From: Macrostomum lignano
Taxonomy: Eukaryota
DNA: 64,000 bases
Assembly (NCBI GenBank): GCA_002269645.1
Contig: NIVC01002859.1
Coordinates: 70,616 to 134,615, forward strand
Reading direction: 5' to 3'
Part shown: positions 1 to 13,328 of the stretch, in pieces
Layout: every line of letters begins with the position of its first letter
Numbering within the stretch: the first letter of the stretch is position 1
Program-made: the position numbers and the translations under genes
Notes under the pieces: model-generated
What the model was told of the DNA's origin: nothing
Seen by the model: the letters and a program-made list of their open reading frames with translations, nothing else
The model's database searches: none

Positions 1-149
1 GTTGCACATGAGGAATATTATAGTATCTCGCGGGAGATTCTCTCTGGTATGGGAGATTCTTGGAGATGAGCGATTCTCTCGAAATAAGGAGATTCTTAGG
101 AATTTGAGACTCTTTTAGATAGGACATTCTGGGGGTGGGAAATTCTCGT

Positions 150-410
150 GGATGGGAAATGCTAGTGAATGAGAAATTCTTGGGGATGGGAAATGCTAGT
201 GAATGAGAAATTCTTGGGGATGGGAAATGCTAGTGAATGAGAAATTCTTGGGGATTGGGAAATGCTAGTGAATGAGAAATTATTGGGGATGGGAAATGCT
301 AGTGAATGAGAAATTCTTGGGGATGGGAAATGCTAGTGAATGAGAAATTTTTGGGGATGGGAAATTCTAGTGAATGAGAAATTCTTGGAGATGGGAAATT
401 CGCGAGGCCA
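150..410. repeat. 34-bp minisatellite (GGGAAATGCTAGTGAATGAGAAATTCTTGGGGAT) in intron 2 of the InR-like gene
   Basis: Consecutive unit starts at 154 and 188; about 7 copies with a degenerate left flank. Confidence 0.9.
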
Positions 411-514
411 GATTCTCCGGGTTGTCAGATCGGCGAAGAATCTCAGAGGGGCAAATGTCGAGTGGGAGATTCTTTGACAATGCAAAACCCGCCAGGACAA
501 TATCCAAGTCCTAC

Positions 515-1128
515 CTCGCCGCAAGATTCGCTGCACAAAGACTGACAATGATCTTGGTTCCAGCAGTGGCCAGGACAATGCGATTTGTACGCCCGTTTAA
601 CAGAGGAACCAATAGTGACCTCGGTGAACTCGCCCGGGCACGGGTTGCTGCACTGCGACTGGTCTTGCAGGTGATTAAAGTGCATTAGAGAGGCGTAGCG
701 AGGCCCGAGTACGCGAGACCAGTGCACCGTGTTGAGGTAGCACAGCATTGGCGAGTTGTCAACGCGGAGGCCGCCAGGGCCGCCAATGTGGCGCAGCCAG
801 GGCAGGCCTATGCTAGTCAGATGCAGCACGTCAAATAGTACAAAGGAATACTCGTCCAGCGTTTTCATGCCCCGAACAACCGACAGCTTAGGGAACAGCT
901 GGTCCAGCGAGGTGAGGCCCGACACCCTGTACAGCAGGACGTATTCGGACACTTCGCGTAGATAAGGAAAATAAACTCGGCCCTTGGGACCGGCAATCTC
1001 CGGCTCTTCTGTGCCGTTTCCCACGTTTAATAAAGAGATCATCAGGTGGCCGTTAATTACTGTGCAGTTGGATGCGGCGCCAATTTGCTCGGAGTCGGTG
1101 TACACGGAGATGGACACGGAGCCGCACA
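515..1128 (-). CDS. InR: Insulin receptor-like RTK, coding exon 2 (L1 domain + start of furin-like Cys-rich region)
   Basis: Motifs CTVINGHL, FPKLSVVRG, LCYLNTVHWS, CWNQDHCQ match INSR/IGF1R L1-CR. Acceptor ...ctgcag|TG at 1129/1128 (phase 1); donor GAG|gtagg at 515/514 (phase 0). Confidence 0.9.
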
Positions 1129-1194
1129 CTGCAGTGTGGAGAGTAAAACAGCTTATTGGAGCATGGCAAATATTTGTGTCTGCTTAATGTCGAG

Positions 1195-1985
1195 AAGGGA
1201 ATGGCTGAAGGGGAATTGGGGGCGGCTGGAGGGAATTGGGGATGGCTGAAAGGAAATTGGGGATGGCTGAAAGGAAATTGGGGATGGCTGAAGGGAAATT
1301 GAGGATGGCTGAAGGGAGTTGAGGATGGCTGAAGGGAAATTGAGGATGGCTGAAGGGAAATTGAGGATGGCTGAAGGGAAATTGAGGATGGCTGAAGGGA
1401 AATTGGGGATGGCTGAAGGGAAATTGAGGATGGCTAAAGGGAAATTGGGGATGGCTGAAGGGAAATTAGGGGCGGCTGAAGGGAATTGGGGATGGCTGAA
1501 GGGAAATTGGGGATGGCTGAAAGGAAATTGGGGATGGCTGAAGGGAAATTGAGGATGGCTGAAGGGAAATTGAGGATGGCTGAAGGGAATTGGGGATGGC
1601 TGAAAGGAAATTGGGGATGGCTAAAGGGAAATTGGGGATGGCTGAAGGGAAATTAGGGGCGGCTGAAGGGAATTGAGGATGGCTGAAGGGAAATTGAGGA
1701 TGGCTGAAGGGAAATTGAGGACGGCTGAAGGGAAATTGGGGATGGCTGAAGGGAAATTGAGGATGGCTGAAGGGAAATTGAGGATGGCTGAAGGGAAATT
1801 GAGGATGGCTGAAGGGAAATTGGGGATGGCTGAAGGGAAATTGAGGATGGCTGAAGGGAAATTGAGGATGGCTGAAGGGAAATTGAGGATGGCTGAAGGG
1901 AAATTGAGGATGGCTGAAGGGAAATTGAGGATGGCTGAAGGGAAATTGAGGATGGCTGAAGGGAAATTGGGATGGCTAAAAGGGA
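1195..1985. repeat. 21-bp minisatellite (GGGAAATTGAGGATGGCTGAA) in InR intron 1
   Basis: Visible tandem array; source of the spurious MAEGKLR ORFs. Confidence 0.95.
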
Positions 1986-2202
1986 ATTACAAATGGCTAA
2001 ATGGAGAATCAGACTGTAAAGTAAAGGGGACTCTGTACTCTAAAGGGGAACTGTAGTTGGCTGTGATAGCTTAAGAGATAGCCGAAGGCGATGGCTGAAG
2101 GATATTGAGGAGAGGAGTTCTGAGGAATCCCAGACAGACGTCTGCATCAAAAAATATCGGTCACTAGTACGCAATCAAACCGAAGCTCCATTAATAACTC
2201 AC

Positions 2203-2302
2203 ACTTGAATCGGTCATGGGCACCGTTGCTAGCAGTCGGCGCTAACAGCACAGCTTGGCAGCACAGCAGCAGAGAGCAGCCCAGTCTCAGACGAAGCCAC
2301 AT
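2203..2302 (-). CDS. InR: Insulin receptor-like gene, coding exon 1 (signal peptide)
   Basis: MWLRLRLGCSLLLCCQAVLLAPTASNGAHDRFK is signal-peptide-like. The exon is 100 nt, followed by a gtgagt donor in phase 1, and joins exon 2 in frame (T|TG = Leu). Confidence 0.8.
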
Positions 2303-3349
2303 CTTTAGACGCGGCAGAAGCCAGCAGGCCAGCTGAATCGGCGCTAAGGGCACAGTATCAGCTTGGCTGAAATATTCGAATCGAATTCAAATTATACGCC
2401 CAGAAAGCTACAAAAAACCAGCGCACTCTCGATTGTATCGAAACTGAGCCCAAGCTTTCTAAGATTTAGGTTTGCTATAACCGCACGATAACAAATAGCT
2501 TACAAGCCTACTGTACCAACGAAACCCGAGGTTGCAGAAGTTGCACTCACTCCCTTGACGAACTGTTCCAAAAAATGCAGAATTCTTCAATCTAAAACTT
2601 AGCTAACGATCCGCCTCTCCTGTCAGCAGACTGGAGTTTTTGATACTGGATAAGACGGAATTAACTGCTGCATTCTTACTTTCAACCTGGCTGTCTGTGT
2701 GGCTATTATATATGCGAGCTCCGCAGCCCAACCTGATTGGATGGCCCCAGAGATATTCGGCTAAGTCTAATCCTATTCGCTCAAGGCGTGCACTTTCTTT
2801 GCCAGTAGCGAGTGCGAGTACCCCCCCCCCCCGACCCGCCCGGCGAAGCTTTCTAGAAATCCCAGTTCGAATGAGGGGCTGGGGAGGAGGCAAATGTCTT
2901 AGGGAGGCAGAAACGCGGCGGAAAACAGTGTCAGCTGACCCACCCGGTCCCATCCGCCCAGCCAGTCCGCAGATCTCCCTCCCGCTTCCTACATACCGTT
3001 ACGGATTAACGAAGGCGAAACCATGAAAATTCGATACTGAAAAGCCATGCAGGCAGCGCTCAAGTACAGGCGCACTAGCGAGTATCATAATGGCAGAGCT
3101 CAAAGACCGAATCCTAAGGGAGGAAGCAAAACGGAAGCAAAACGGCAGTTGCTTTTAGGAACAGGAGATTTCATATCCTCTACAAAAGGCTACAGTTATT
3201 GCTGTCTCCCAGGTACTTCTGATTTAGATTAGTGTAAAATCTTCAGTACATTTGTTCGAGAGAACCAGACTAAGATATGAAATATTTACAATTTGAGACT
3301 ACAAGGATATGAACACTTAGAATCAGATTTCGAAAGTTTAGGATTACTA

Positions 3350-4405
3350 AGTCGTGAGATTTCGATGATGTGAGATTTCGATGATATGAGATTTCGATCA
3401 TGTGAGATTTCGATCATGTGATATTTTGATCAAGTGAGATTTTGATAATGTGAGATTTCGATCTTGTCAGATTTCGATCATGTGAGATTTCGAGCATGTG
3501 ATATTTTGATCAAGTGAGATTTTGATAATGTGAGATTTCGATCATGTAAGATTTTTATCTTGTCAGATTTCGATCAGGTGAGATTTCGATCAGGTGAAAT
3601 TTCGATGATACGAGACTTCGATGATATGAGATTTCGATGATATGAGATTTCGATCTTGTCAGATTTCGATCATGTGAGATTTCGATCTTGTCAGATTTCG
3701 ATCATGTAAGATTTCGATCATGTGAGATATCGATCATGTGAGATATTGATCATGTGAGATTAGATATCGATCATGTGAGATATTGATCATGTGAGATTAG
3801 ATATCGATCATGTGAGATTTCGATATGTTCAGATTTCGATCTTGTCAGATTTCGATCTTGTCAGATTTCGATCTTGTCAGATTTTGATTATGTGAGATAT
3901 CGATCATGTGAGATATTGATTATGTGAGATATCGATCATGTGAGATATTGATCATGTGAGATATTGATCATGTGAGATATTGATTATGTGAGATATTGAT
4001 TATGTGAGATATCGATCATGTGAGATTTCGATATGTTCAGATTTCGATCTTGTCAGATTTCGATCTTGTCAGATTTCGATCTTGTCAGATTTCGATCATG
4101 TGAGTTATCGATCATGTGAGATATTGATTATGTGAGATATCGATCATGTGAGATATTGATCATGTGAGATATCGATCATGTGAGATATCGATCATGTGAG
4201 AAATCGATCAAGTGAGATTTCTATCATGTGAGATATCGATCATGTGAGATATTTATCATGTGAGATATTGATTATGTGAGATATCGATCATGTGAGAAAT
4301 CGATCATGTGAGATATCGATCATGTGAGAAATCGATCAAGTGAGATTTCTATCATGTGAGATATCGATCATGTGAGATATCGATCATGTGAGCTATCGAT
4401 CATAC
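3350..4405. repeat. 16-bp minisatellite (GTGAGATTTCGATCAT and variants)
   Basis: About 1 kb tandem array with GATC/ATCGAT-containing units. Confidence 0.95.
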
Positions 4406-7059
4406 TTTTTCGAAATAAAAGTACTTCATTCGAAATAACTTTCGAATAATTATACGAAATAATTATACTTTTTCAAAATAACTCATTGCCCGTTATAATC
4501 CAAAAGCTGACCATAAAAAGCAGGAAACAAGCAGGTTGTCGGACAGGCAGCTGGGCAATGGATGCAAACCGATAAAGCAGCCCTATACTTAGGGGTGCAA
4601 ATACCAAACTGTTAGGGGATGGCGTGGAACCAGGCAGACTAATAGAGATGGAAAACAAGAGCGGGAGGGGGAGAGAGGTGAGGAACAGAAATTAGGGCAA
4701 GCTTTGCTGGATACCGGGCTTTAAAAAATTGGTTCGACGAACACAGCTCCTGAATTTATCTAAATATAAATATACACATACCCAGCCGCATCACTACCTG
4801 CAGTGGAGTCCGGGAATCAGGGACTCCGGGGGTCGCGGCTGACCCAGTCATTTAGAAAGTGCAAAATAACAACAGGCACACAAGTTGTTTTCCCGTGAAA
4901 AGTACGTTTTCAGCATCAGCGGCAAGCACCTAAATACCTTCACAGACATTATGATGAAATCAACAATCAAAGAATGTACAAGAGAAAAACACAGTATGTA
5001 CAGTATATGTCACTGTCATCCTGAAAGTATCGATTGCAACGAATTAAACAATGCCCTTTGCTAGATTAAAAAAAACTAAAAAATTGTAGTCGAGCATAAC
5101 CTTAATTTTGGGTTAATTTTGTCTAACACATATTTGCTTTTAGCCTACTCTGAGTAGCTTTAGTTTAGGAAATATTTGTAGATAGGCTAGTTAAGGCTAG
5201 ACTAGGCGAAAATTTGCCAAAATATAGGCCTTGGGACTCTTGGCTTGGGACTCTTTCCACCATAGCTATAGATATGGCTTTGGGAAACTATGCATATACA
5301 GGTTTTTAAGAGAACACATACAGAAGCTTCCTATATCTAGATTTCATATCTAATACTGGCCACTCAATAACTAAAAGGACCATTGGAGCCTTCGATTTCA
5401 TGGGTGGATAAGGATAGAAATTAATGACTGTTGCCAGTTTCAAAGCTTTATTGGGGGGGGGCACTAAAGTCCTTAGGGTCAGGGACTGCAACAGAGATTT
5501 TTAGCACTATGCAACATCGTGTGATTTAGCTGGTAGGGGCTAAAGTTAAGATAGATGCAGTCCTTGGTATTCTTCTTGTACAAGTAATAAATTATACATA
5601 CATGTTAATGATAGGTAATAGTAAATAGTATATACTAAAACTATATATGAAATTCCTTCTTAGGTGAAATATTAACTTTTTGTGCAAATTAAATCCATGT
5701 GCATTTTCTAGAAAGGTAACTTTTATAATTCTTTTTTGTTTAGCAGTAGAACTACCAAGAGGGGGGAGAGGTGCAATGCTGATTGGTGCACAGGGGTGCA
5801 CTGAATACATTAGCGCTTATGGAAAAATTCCAAACTTCTGGTAGAAACATCAAATATATTGATGGTCTGGAGGATTGGCAACTTGATTCTTGTTTGAGGT
5901 GCGCAACAAAAAGTTAGCCTATGTTCTTGAATTTTGTCCGCCTGTATTGCTCCATTCTAGTATAGCAAAAAATTATCAGGGGAGGGGAATTTTCCCTTTC
6001 TTGGTAGTTTTATAGGCAGAAAAATGGCTTGGTACTGCTACTAATAAAATGAACCTTAAAATTTTAATATCAATACACTGAATCTTGACCAGGAACAAGT
6101 AAACATTTTTTTCCTTGACTTTTACCACCATTGATTTCAGTTAATAAGAAACAGTGTAATCTGAATAAGTACCCAACTTAGTTGATTTTTTTAGTAAAGT
6201 AGAAGGAATATATACTATGTATACTACTAATAAGTAGAATAACAAATTAGAAGGATACAGAGTAGATCTTGGAAAATATATATAGAATACCAAAGGCTCC
6301 AAACCTCTAATACCAAATACCTCTTATACTTCTAACCCCTAACCTCTACCTCAAATATACCTCTAATACCAAAACCTTTCATCTTAGGAATTCCCAGGAC
6401 TAAAAGAAATATACATGCAATATATATATAACCTAGTAACAATAATATACCACTTAGGCCTATATAAGAATGCTATTAATATAGAATAAGAATGCTAATA
6501 GAATAAAGTAAGAAATACTCAGACCAATACTTAGATATATACTCAACTTAAATTCTAAGACCTAAGGTCAAAAATTAGTATTGTATAATAACCAAGTATT
6601 ATATAATATAACCTTGGTGACAACAGTAAGATAAATTATAGAAGACAGAACAAATACTCCTATTACAACTTTTGTGATAGCAAATAAAATTTTAAATTAG
6701 TAAAACCCTATGATAGCTTTGGTGGCAGCATTGAGATTACTATAAGAGAGTAGAACCAAGAGGCATATTACAAATAGAAGAACTGATGCCATTGGATTTA
6801 TCATTAAAAGTTATAAGAAGTTATAATATATTATTTAATTAGCTATGAATATGGATATATATATATATGAGTCAAACTCCTCCTTTGGAGGAGAAAAGGG
6901 AAGAACTCCCATCACCAGAATTCCATTCCCTGAAATTCTATGCCTTGAACCCCATTTTTCAAATTGTCTCCAAATTCTTTACAAAACCTATCAAATACCA
7001 TAGTCCATATATTGTTTTCCCTGTGCAAAAACTGACTGCCATTGTCCAGACTCAGACTC

Positions 7060-7685
7060 TTGTGTGTCTCCTCTCTCCTTTCTGCACACTCATTGTTACT
7101 CTCTTCTCTCTCCTCTCATCTCTACTCCCTTATTTATCTCTTCTCCATTGTTTTTTGTCTGTACCCTCTCCTGTCTCCTCTCTCCTATCTCTTCTCTTCT
7201 CTCTTCTCTATTTCTCTCTTTTCCCACTCATCTCTTTTATCGTCGCATCTCTCATTTTTCCTCTCCTCATTATTTTCTTCTCTTAACTTTCTCATCTCTG
7301 ATCTTTTATCTCTCACTTCTCTCCCTCTCTCCTTTCTCCTCTCGCTTCTCTCTCCTCTTTACTACTTTATTTATCTCTTCTTCCTGGTCTTTCATCTCTA
7401 CTGTCTCCTGTCTTTTTTCTCCCCTCTTTCCTCATCTCTTCTCTTCTCCTCTCTTCTATTTCTTCTGTATGCTCTTACCCTTACTCTTCTATTCTCTCAT
7501 CTCTCCTGTCTCCCTCTGCTATCCCATATCTCCCCTATTATCTCCTTTCTCCTTTTCTCTCCCCTTCTTTATTCACACCTTACTCCTCTCTTCTCTCCTA
7601 TAGTCCTATCTATTATCTCTAATCTCTCCTCTTTCATATCTACTCTCTTTTCTATTATCTCTCTTTGCTTTTCTCTTTTCTCTGA
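7060..7685. repeat. CT-rich low-complexity polypyrimidine tract
   Basis: Nearly pure C/T on +; produces spurious L/S/F-rich ORFs. Confidence 0.9.
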
Positions 7686-7699
7686 CTGACTGAAGGTGC

Positions 7700-8160
7700 C
7701 AAATCCATAAAAATCCTCTTTGTGAGATAGAAATCTATCAAAATGCTTGTTGTGAAACAGGACTCCATAAAAAATCCTCTTTGCAAAATAGAAATTTTCT
7801 CAGTGAAGCTAAAAACCATTGAAGTCCTTTACATAAAACTGAAAACCATCGAAATCCATCAAACAACAACAACAACAACAAAAAAGTACACTGGATAGTC
7901 TCTAGTGTCACAGGGCACATCTTAAGGCCAGAGTGCAAATATAGGCTGCTCTGCTAGCAGAGTCTGGGTCGCCAGCGTCAGCCAATAAGCAGTTGACAAA
8001 ATCCATTAAAATTCTTTCCATGAAACAGAAATCTATCAAAATCTTCTTTGTGAAACTAAAAGCTATCTAAATTGTCTCTGTGAAACAGAACTTCATCAAA
8101 TTATTTTCATGAAACTGAATTCCATCAAAATCCTCTTTTTTTAATGGCAATCTATCAATA
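7700..8160. repeat. Degenerate tandem repeat (AAATCCATxAAAATCCTCTTTGTGAAAC-like core)
   Basis: The core motif recurs many times with heavy divergence. Confidence 0.6.
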
Positions 8161-10031
8161 TCATCTCTGCCAAGCTGCAATTCATCAATTTTTTATCATA
8201 ATACCCAACATTTCCATGAAATTGCCATTTTCATCAAGACTGCTAAATTGAGATCCAAAAATGCTTTCCATACTTGAAATATTCAAGATGGAGGTGTCAG
8301 TGATTAGGGTTAGAGTTGGGATTAGGGTTAACATTATTTCATTGTTCTTCATTTCATTGCTATCTATAGCCTCTTTACTGGGCATTCACTGTGTACACTA
8401 AGCCCTATTGCTGCCACCCCTAACATGAGAGGTTTTAATTGAATTATATGCAAAACACATGTTAGAAAGTTAAGAGAATAAGTTTTTTTCTTGAATGCTA
8501 TGCTTTTTGTTTTCATGTTTAAAGCAAGAAACTTATATCCCCAAACTTAGTGTTGGAAGCTCTTTCTAGCAATATGTCTTTTCTCTTAAAGTTTAAAACT
8601 TGAAGAAAGCGTTTGAAATTTCCCAATTTTCTGACTGCTTGCCTAAGAGATTTGCAGGTTTGTTCATTGAATTTCACTGTCCAGCTAATACACAGGGCTA
8701 ATAATAAAACCAATTGAATCTTGAAACAGTCCTATCTATTTGTTTACACTATACAGCTATTATGTACACTCAGCCCAAGCCCAACCCCCCTGTTCTGGGG
8801 AATGAACATTAAATTTAATTGCACCCCTAAGACGCGGGGTTTTATTTGGATTGAATGCAGAACATACACACCTACCTTCTCCCAATACACAGGACCCGCA
8901 GGTGGAGGTTGGGGTGATTATTTCAAAAAACAGACTGCCAACCCTTTATTGGAAAGATAGAAGGGCCAAAGAAGGTTAAGAAATCAGTTTTCTGCTTTTT
9001 TTAGGGATCTTAAAATATGAAAATAAAAGATTAAAATAGCCTAAAGCTGATTCCAGAAAATTTGAAGTTTTCCTATATAAGTTTTGATGCTGAATTGGCA
9101 GTATTATGGGAGTTCACTTGCAACATGCATACATACATACATACACACAAAAAATGCAGCAGTTTTAGTATTTAGAAATGAAAGAAGAAAAAAGGTGCCT
9201 CTTTTCTTCATAGTCTAAAATATATTTACATATAAGAATTCTTTGTCCTATATATCTTGCCCTATAAATATAGCATATAACTGCCTAGGACTTTATTTTG
9301 AAAACCAGTCTGTCAAGAAGATAGCAAGTATACACTAGAAGCAAAGGGTTGCAAAAATACATTTGTGCATCAATTTATACTAGAAAAAAACTAAAAACAA
9401 TGTATTTTATATTTAAAATATTTTAATAGTAATTTATGAATGTATTACATTTTTATAATATCATAATTTTCATGAAAATTAATTATACATATACCAATTA
9501 TAACAATTCATTTCTAGTATATAAAATTTTTGGCCATTTTGCTAAATATAAAACCATTTTATTTTGCCTTTTAAAAAAATAACATTTTTTTTACTATAAT
9601 CATAAAAATGGGAAGATATATCCTTGTATCCTTTTCCCCCTAGTTAGTTATACTATTGATAATTAGCAATCTCATAAGTTTAAATATTGTACAATATGAC
9701 AGTTAAAAATTATTCTGTGCATGTTAAATATAAGAACTCTATCCTGGCGGTTGCCATATACATGCATACCTTCACTAATATCCTAGCTAATGCTAGTACC
9801 CATTTTATAGATAGGTAAACTGAAGCAATATACCAGGTTCAACAATAGTTTTTAACCTGTGTATATGTAGGCTTATATTTTATCTCTTTTAGACAATTGA
9901 GCCTTAAAAAATTTTGTTGTCAATTACATATATATTGGTCAACATATTTCAGCAGTGAGCAGCTAAGCTGAGCTCTTTTCATAAAGAAATTCATTAAAGT
10001 CCACTTGATTGACAATTTTAATTTCACCAAA

Positions 10032-10410
10032 ATGTCAATTGAAGCAAAGAGACTATGCTGTTTCATGTAGAAGTTCTTGTCAGGAGAATCATAGAGCTGA
10101 CTAGTGCATGCTACAAGACAGTCTACAACATAAAGAACAAGTTAGAGGAGAATGATGACCTTGTTCCATTTTTGGAATAAGACAATGTGGCCATTGAACT
10201 CACTAGATGCCAACCCACTTGATTACTCTATCTGGCGGTATATGGAAAGTGAGGCCTGTGCTGTCTGTCATCACAATATTAATGAGACAAAGGCTATTGT
10301 CAACAAGGTCTAGGTAAATCTAGATCGAGACTATATCTAAAAAATATGCCAGTCATTTCCACAACAAATTGAAGCCACCATTGCTGCTAGTAGAGGATAT
10401 TTTGACTAAT
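10032..10410 (+). pseudogene. Internally deleted Tc1/mariner-superfamily transposase relic
   Basis: HTH-like RRIIELTSACYKTVYNIKNKL is fused to the C-terminal WPLNSLDANPLDYSIW...KV*VNLDRDYI*KICQSF...GYF (cf. WPPNSPDxNP); stops and frameshifts present. Confidence 0.8.
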
Positions 10411-11939
10411 TTTATTGCCTATAACATGTTTTAATATCTTGTTAAGTTTTATATAATTTGCTTGCTCTACTTTTTTCAAGGTGAAAAAATTTGTACTATA
10501 TGTGTGATGCATAAAACTTTTGTTGAAACTGGTAAAGTTAAGAAGTATCTTGCTTAAAGACACAAATTGTTTTAAATAAGTCAAAAATTAAACTTTAATA
10601 TTGCTTTAATCACTAGGCTTAGATTTTTTATTTTAATCCTAAATTTTAAATAAGCTTCAATCGAAAACATAAATATTATACCATATTTTTTTACTAAAAT
10701 AAATTCCTAGAACTAAAAATAAATAGAATTAGCATCCCCTATTGCAGCCAAAGTCTAAACTGTATTAGACATCCCTTTTCTTTATTAAGCCATGCTAGTG
10801 TGCCAGACTATGCCCACAATGCTAAAGGCTAGTCTACACTAAATATTGTCCACAATATTGGCAATTGGCTACAATAAGGTTGGTTAATAGTCATATATAT
10901 ACTATTTTATCTGCCTCTTTTTTGTCTACAAAAATACATTTAAATCATTTTGTCAAAAGTCTAACTTAGAATAGAATAATGATAAGATAACAAACTCACT
11001 CATTAATAAAAATGATAAACTAACATAATTGATATTTTAATAATAATAATAATAATAATAATAATATTAATAATAATAATAAAGACCACTATTTGTCAAT
11101 CATCTATACTATAAAATAAATAATAGGCCTATAAAAACATTTTTAAAAATCATCTAATCACAAAAACATAGTCATATTGACTTGAAGATATTTTTTCAAT
11201 TGTCTTCAGGACTATTAGATGTCCAAATATTATTTAAAGGTTTATAACATTTTATTTGTTTGTCTAAGATATTGGGAAAACAAAATTACATATGCAAAAA
11301 TGATATCATCACTATAAATGTTTGGATAACTTGCAAATCTAGATTGTAATAAGCAGTAAAGAATATTTTTGTTATGTTCTAATTAACACAGAGAGTTTCT
11401 TTGATTGAAGCTTTTGAGTTCAGAGATACACATCTCGCTCACGATATATTTATAGAGGTGAAACTCCTACTTGCACGTTGCATTGCCAAATCGATACGCA
11501 ATCACCTACACATTCTGGTCTGAGTATAGTATACACCCACGCATTCAATAAGGTCAATAGTTAATTGTCAGTGGTCAGTATTGCGCAAGCATTGTCAATC
11601 AAAACAATTTTAATAATATTTCTAGCAATAAAATTGGTTCTAACAATAGAAACAATAGAAAAATAAGTTTCAAATATATAAAACTAAATTTATTTTCTTT
11701 TTCAGTCACTTAATTTATTGGTTGATAAAAGATTGTAGACAAAGTGACTAGGCTTATGCATCATAAGGTTAGTGGCTATCCTGCAAAATCATTTGTTAAA
11801 TTATTTTCTCAATGGAAATAACTTGCATCTTAACTCTAGAGTTTACAATAATATAAGAAAGTAACATTGAAACAATAGAATGTAAACTAGATGCTGAATT
11901 AGTTTGTTATAGTCATGTCTTTACATACTTCACATATTT

Positions 11940-12720
11940 AGAATAGGTAGCAGTGGAAAACCTAGTATAGAAATTTGCCAAATATGTTCTGCTAGAACTG
12001 TTGCTGCCACAAATACTCCTGTAGGTACAATTCAAATAGTCCATCAGCCATCTCATGCATATGGCAAAACTGGGCCTTGCAGTGCACCCATATCCCCATA
12101 TGCACCCATATGCACCCATAGTTAAAGTGGTAGTTCACAAATATATGGTTTGGCAATTAGTTATAGGCCTGCCAACTATTGGTTATAATCTTTTTTCTAG
12201 GCAGGACATGCTGTTGAATGATAGGCACTAGCATCTCAGCCTAGCAGTCAGGAACAATAAGCATGGCGCAGCAGTTTGAACCCCTCTTAACCATGCCAAG
12301 TACTCAATGGCCATCTCAGTATTGCCCAATGTGTTACTTGCAGTGAAAAAAATTGCTCTCATCTATCTTGACTTCAGTGTTGGGGCCCCCAATTTGTATT
12401 GGGTGGTTTATAAGGTACTGTGCACAAATATCATGACAGAAGTTTGCCCAGTCAACAATAGTATGCCACAAGTCAATCTGGCATTCTTGCATATCTTGCA
12501 GCCTAGTATGCATGGACCATAGATAAACCTGATAAACTTCTTTGCATGGCACAAGTTGCAAGAACAAGCTTACCCATCTAGAAAACATGTACTAACACAA
12601 AGCTATAGCTTCATGGCAGTGCATGATCACCTCCACTATCTCCAAGGCCACCACAATAGCATCTCTGCTCATTGGATATCAGGTGGTATGTTGCTAGCCA
12701 CTGCATGGTAGCTTGCATGT
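11940..12720 (-). pseudogene. Merlin (ISXO2/IS1595-like) DDE transposase relic
   Basis: IVDWANFCHDIC...IGGPNTEVKIDES...GH*VLGMV...PIIQQHVLP..IITNSWQAYN, then C-terminal YLQEYLW; multiple stops. Confidence 0.85.
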
Positions 12721-13328
12721 CAGCTGTCATTGTAGAAATTCTGCAAAATATAACAGTTCCATGTTCATTAGTTCTAATGCTAGGTGAATATATTGAGATG
12801 GTACAATCTACATTAGGGTAGAAGGTTTAGTCATATTGAAGTAAAGAGTACTTAAATCCTAATATTCTCAGTTTAGCAGCTTGTTTCTAACCCCAAGCCT
12901 ATCTCCCTTTAAATGCACAGAGTTGATATTGATGCAATGATTTTGGCCATAGTCATATTTTTAGCATTGCAGTTCATGCCATGCCACTAAAATTTTTGGA
13001 ATTATAAACATACTAATGCACAAATTCAAATGGAAAAATAATTTAACAAACAATTCCGCAAGATAGTTTGGTTAGTATCTATGACAATAAAAAGCTTTAT
13101 GCTTTAAAATTAAACAGCTAGGCACTACCCAATTATCTATAGTTTATATAACCTAGCTAAGCCAAAACCAGAAATTTGCCATATATTTAACACCAAAATT
13201 ATATATAAACATGTTGAGAAAATATAAGTAGGCCCTATTGCTTGACAAAACTAGTAGTATTAAAAAACAATTTTGAAATACATGCAAAGAATAGGCCTAC
13301 TGCATGTTTTTGATATTTTTGTTTCATA

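Noticed and set aside
1319-2056. ORFs of MAEGKLR repeats
   Set aside because: Translation of a 21-bp intronic minisatellite on the strand opposite to InR.
2603-3232. Short ORFs upstream of InR
   Set aside because: No recognisable domain; more likely promoter/5'UTR sequence.
4760-4890. TATA-like box followed by nested stems (CAGCCGC/GCGGCTG, GGAGTCC/GGACTCC) as a small RNA gene
   Set aside because: No recognisable RNA family; CAGTGG and GGGGTCGCG words are typical of hAT-type MITE ends.
6867-7689. Hydrophobic L/S/F-rich ORFs resembling membrane proteins (likewise 28184-28984, 37558-38508)
   Set aside because: Artefacts of CT-rich or 20-bp tandem repeats.
8302-8330. Telomeric TTAGGG repeats
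   Set aside because: Only two or three degenerate units; common inside MITEs.
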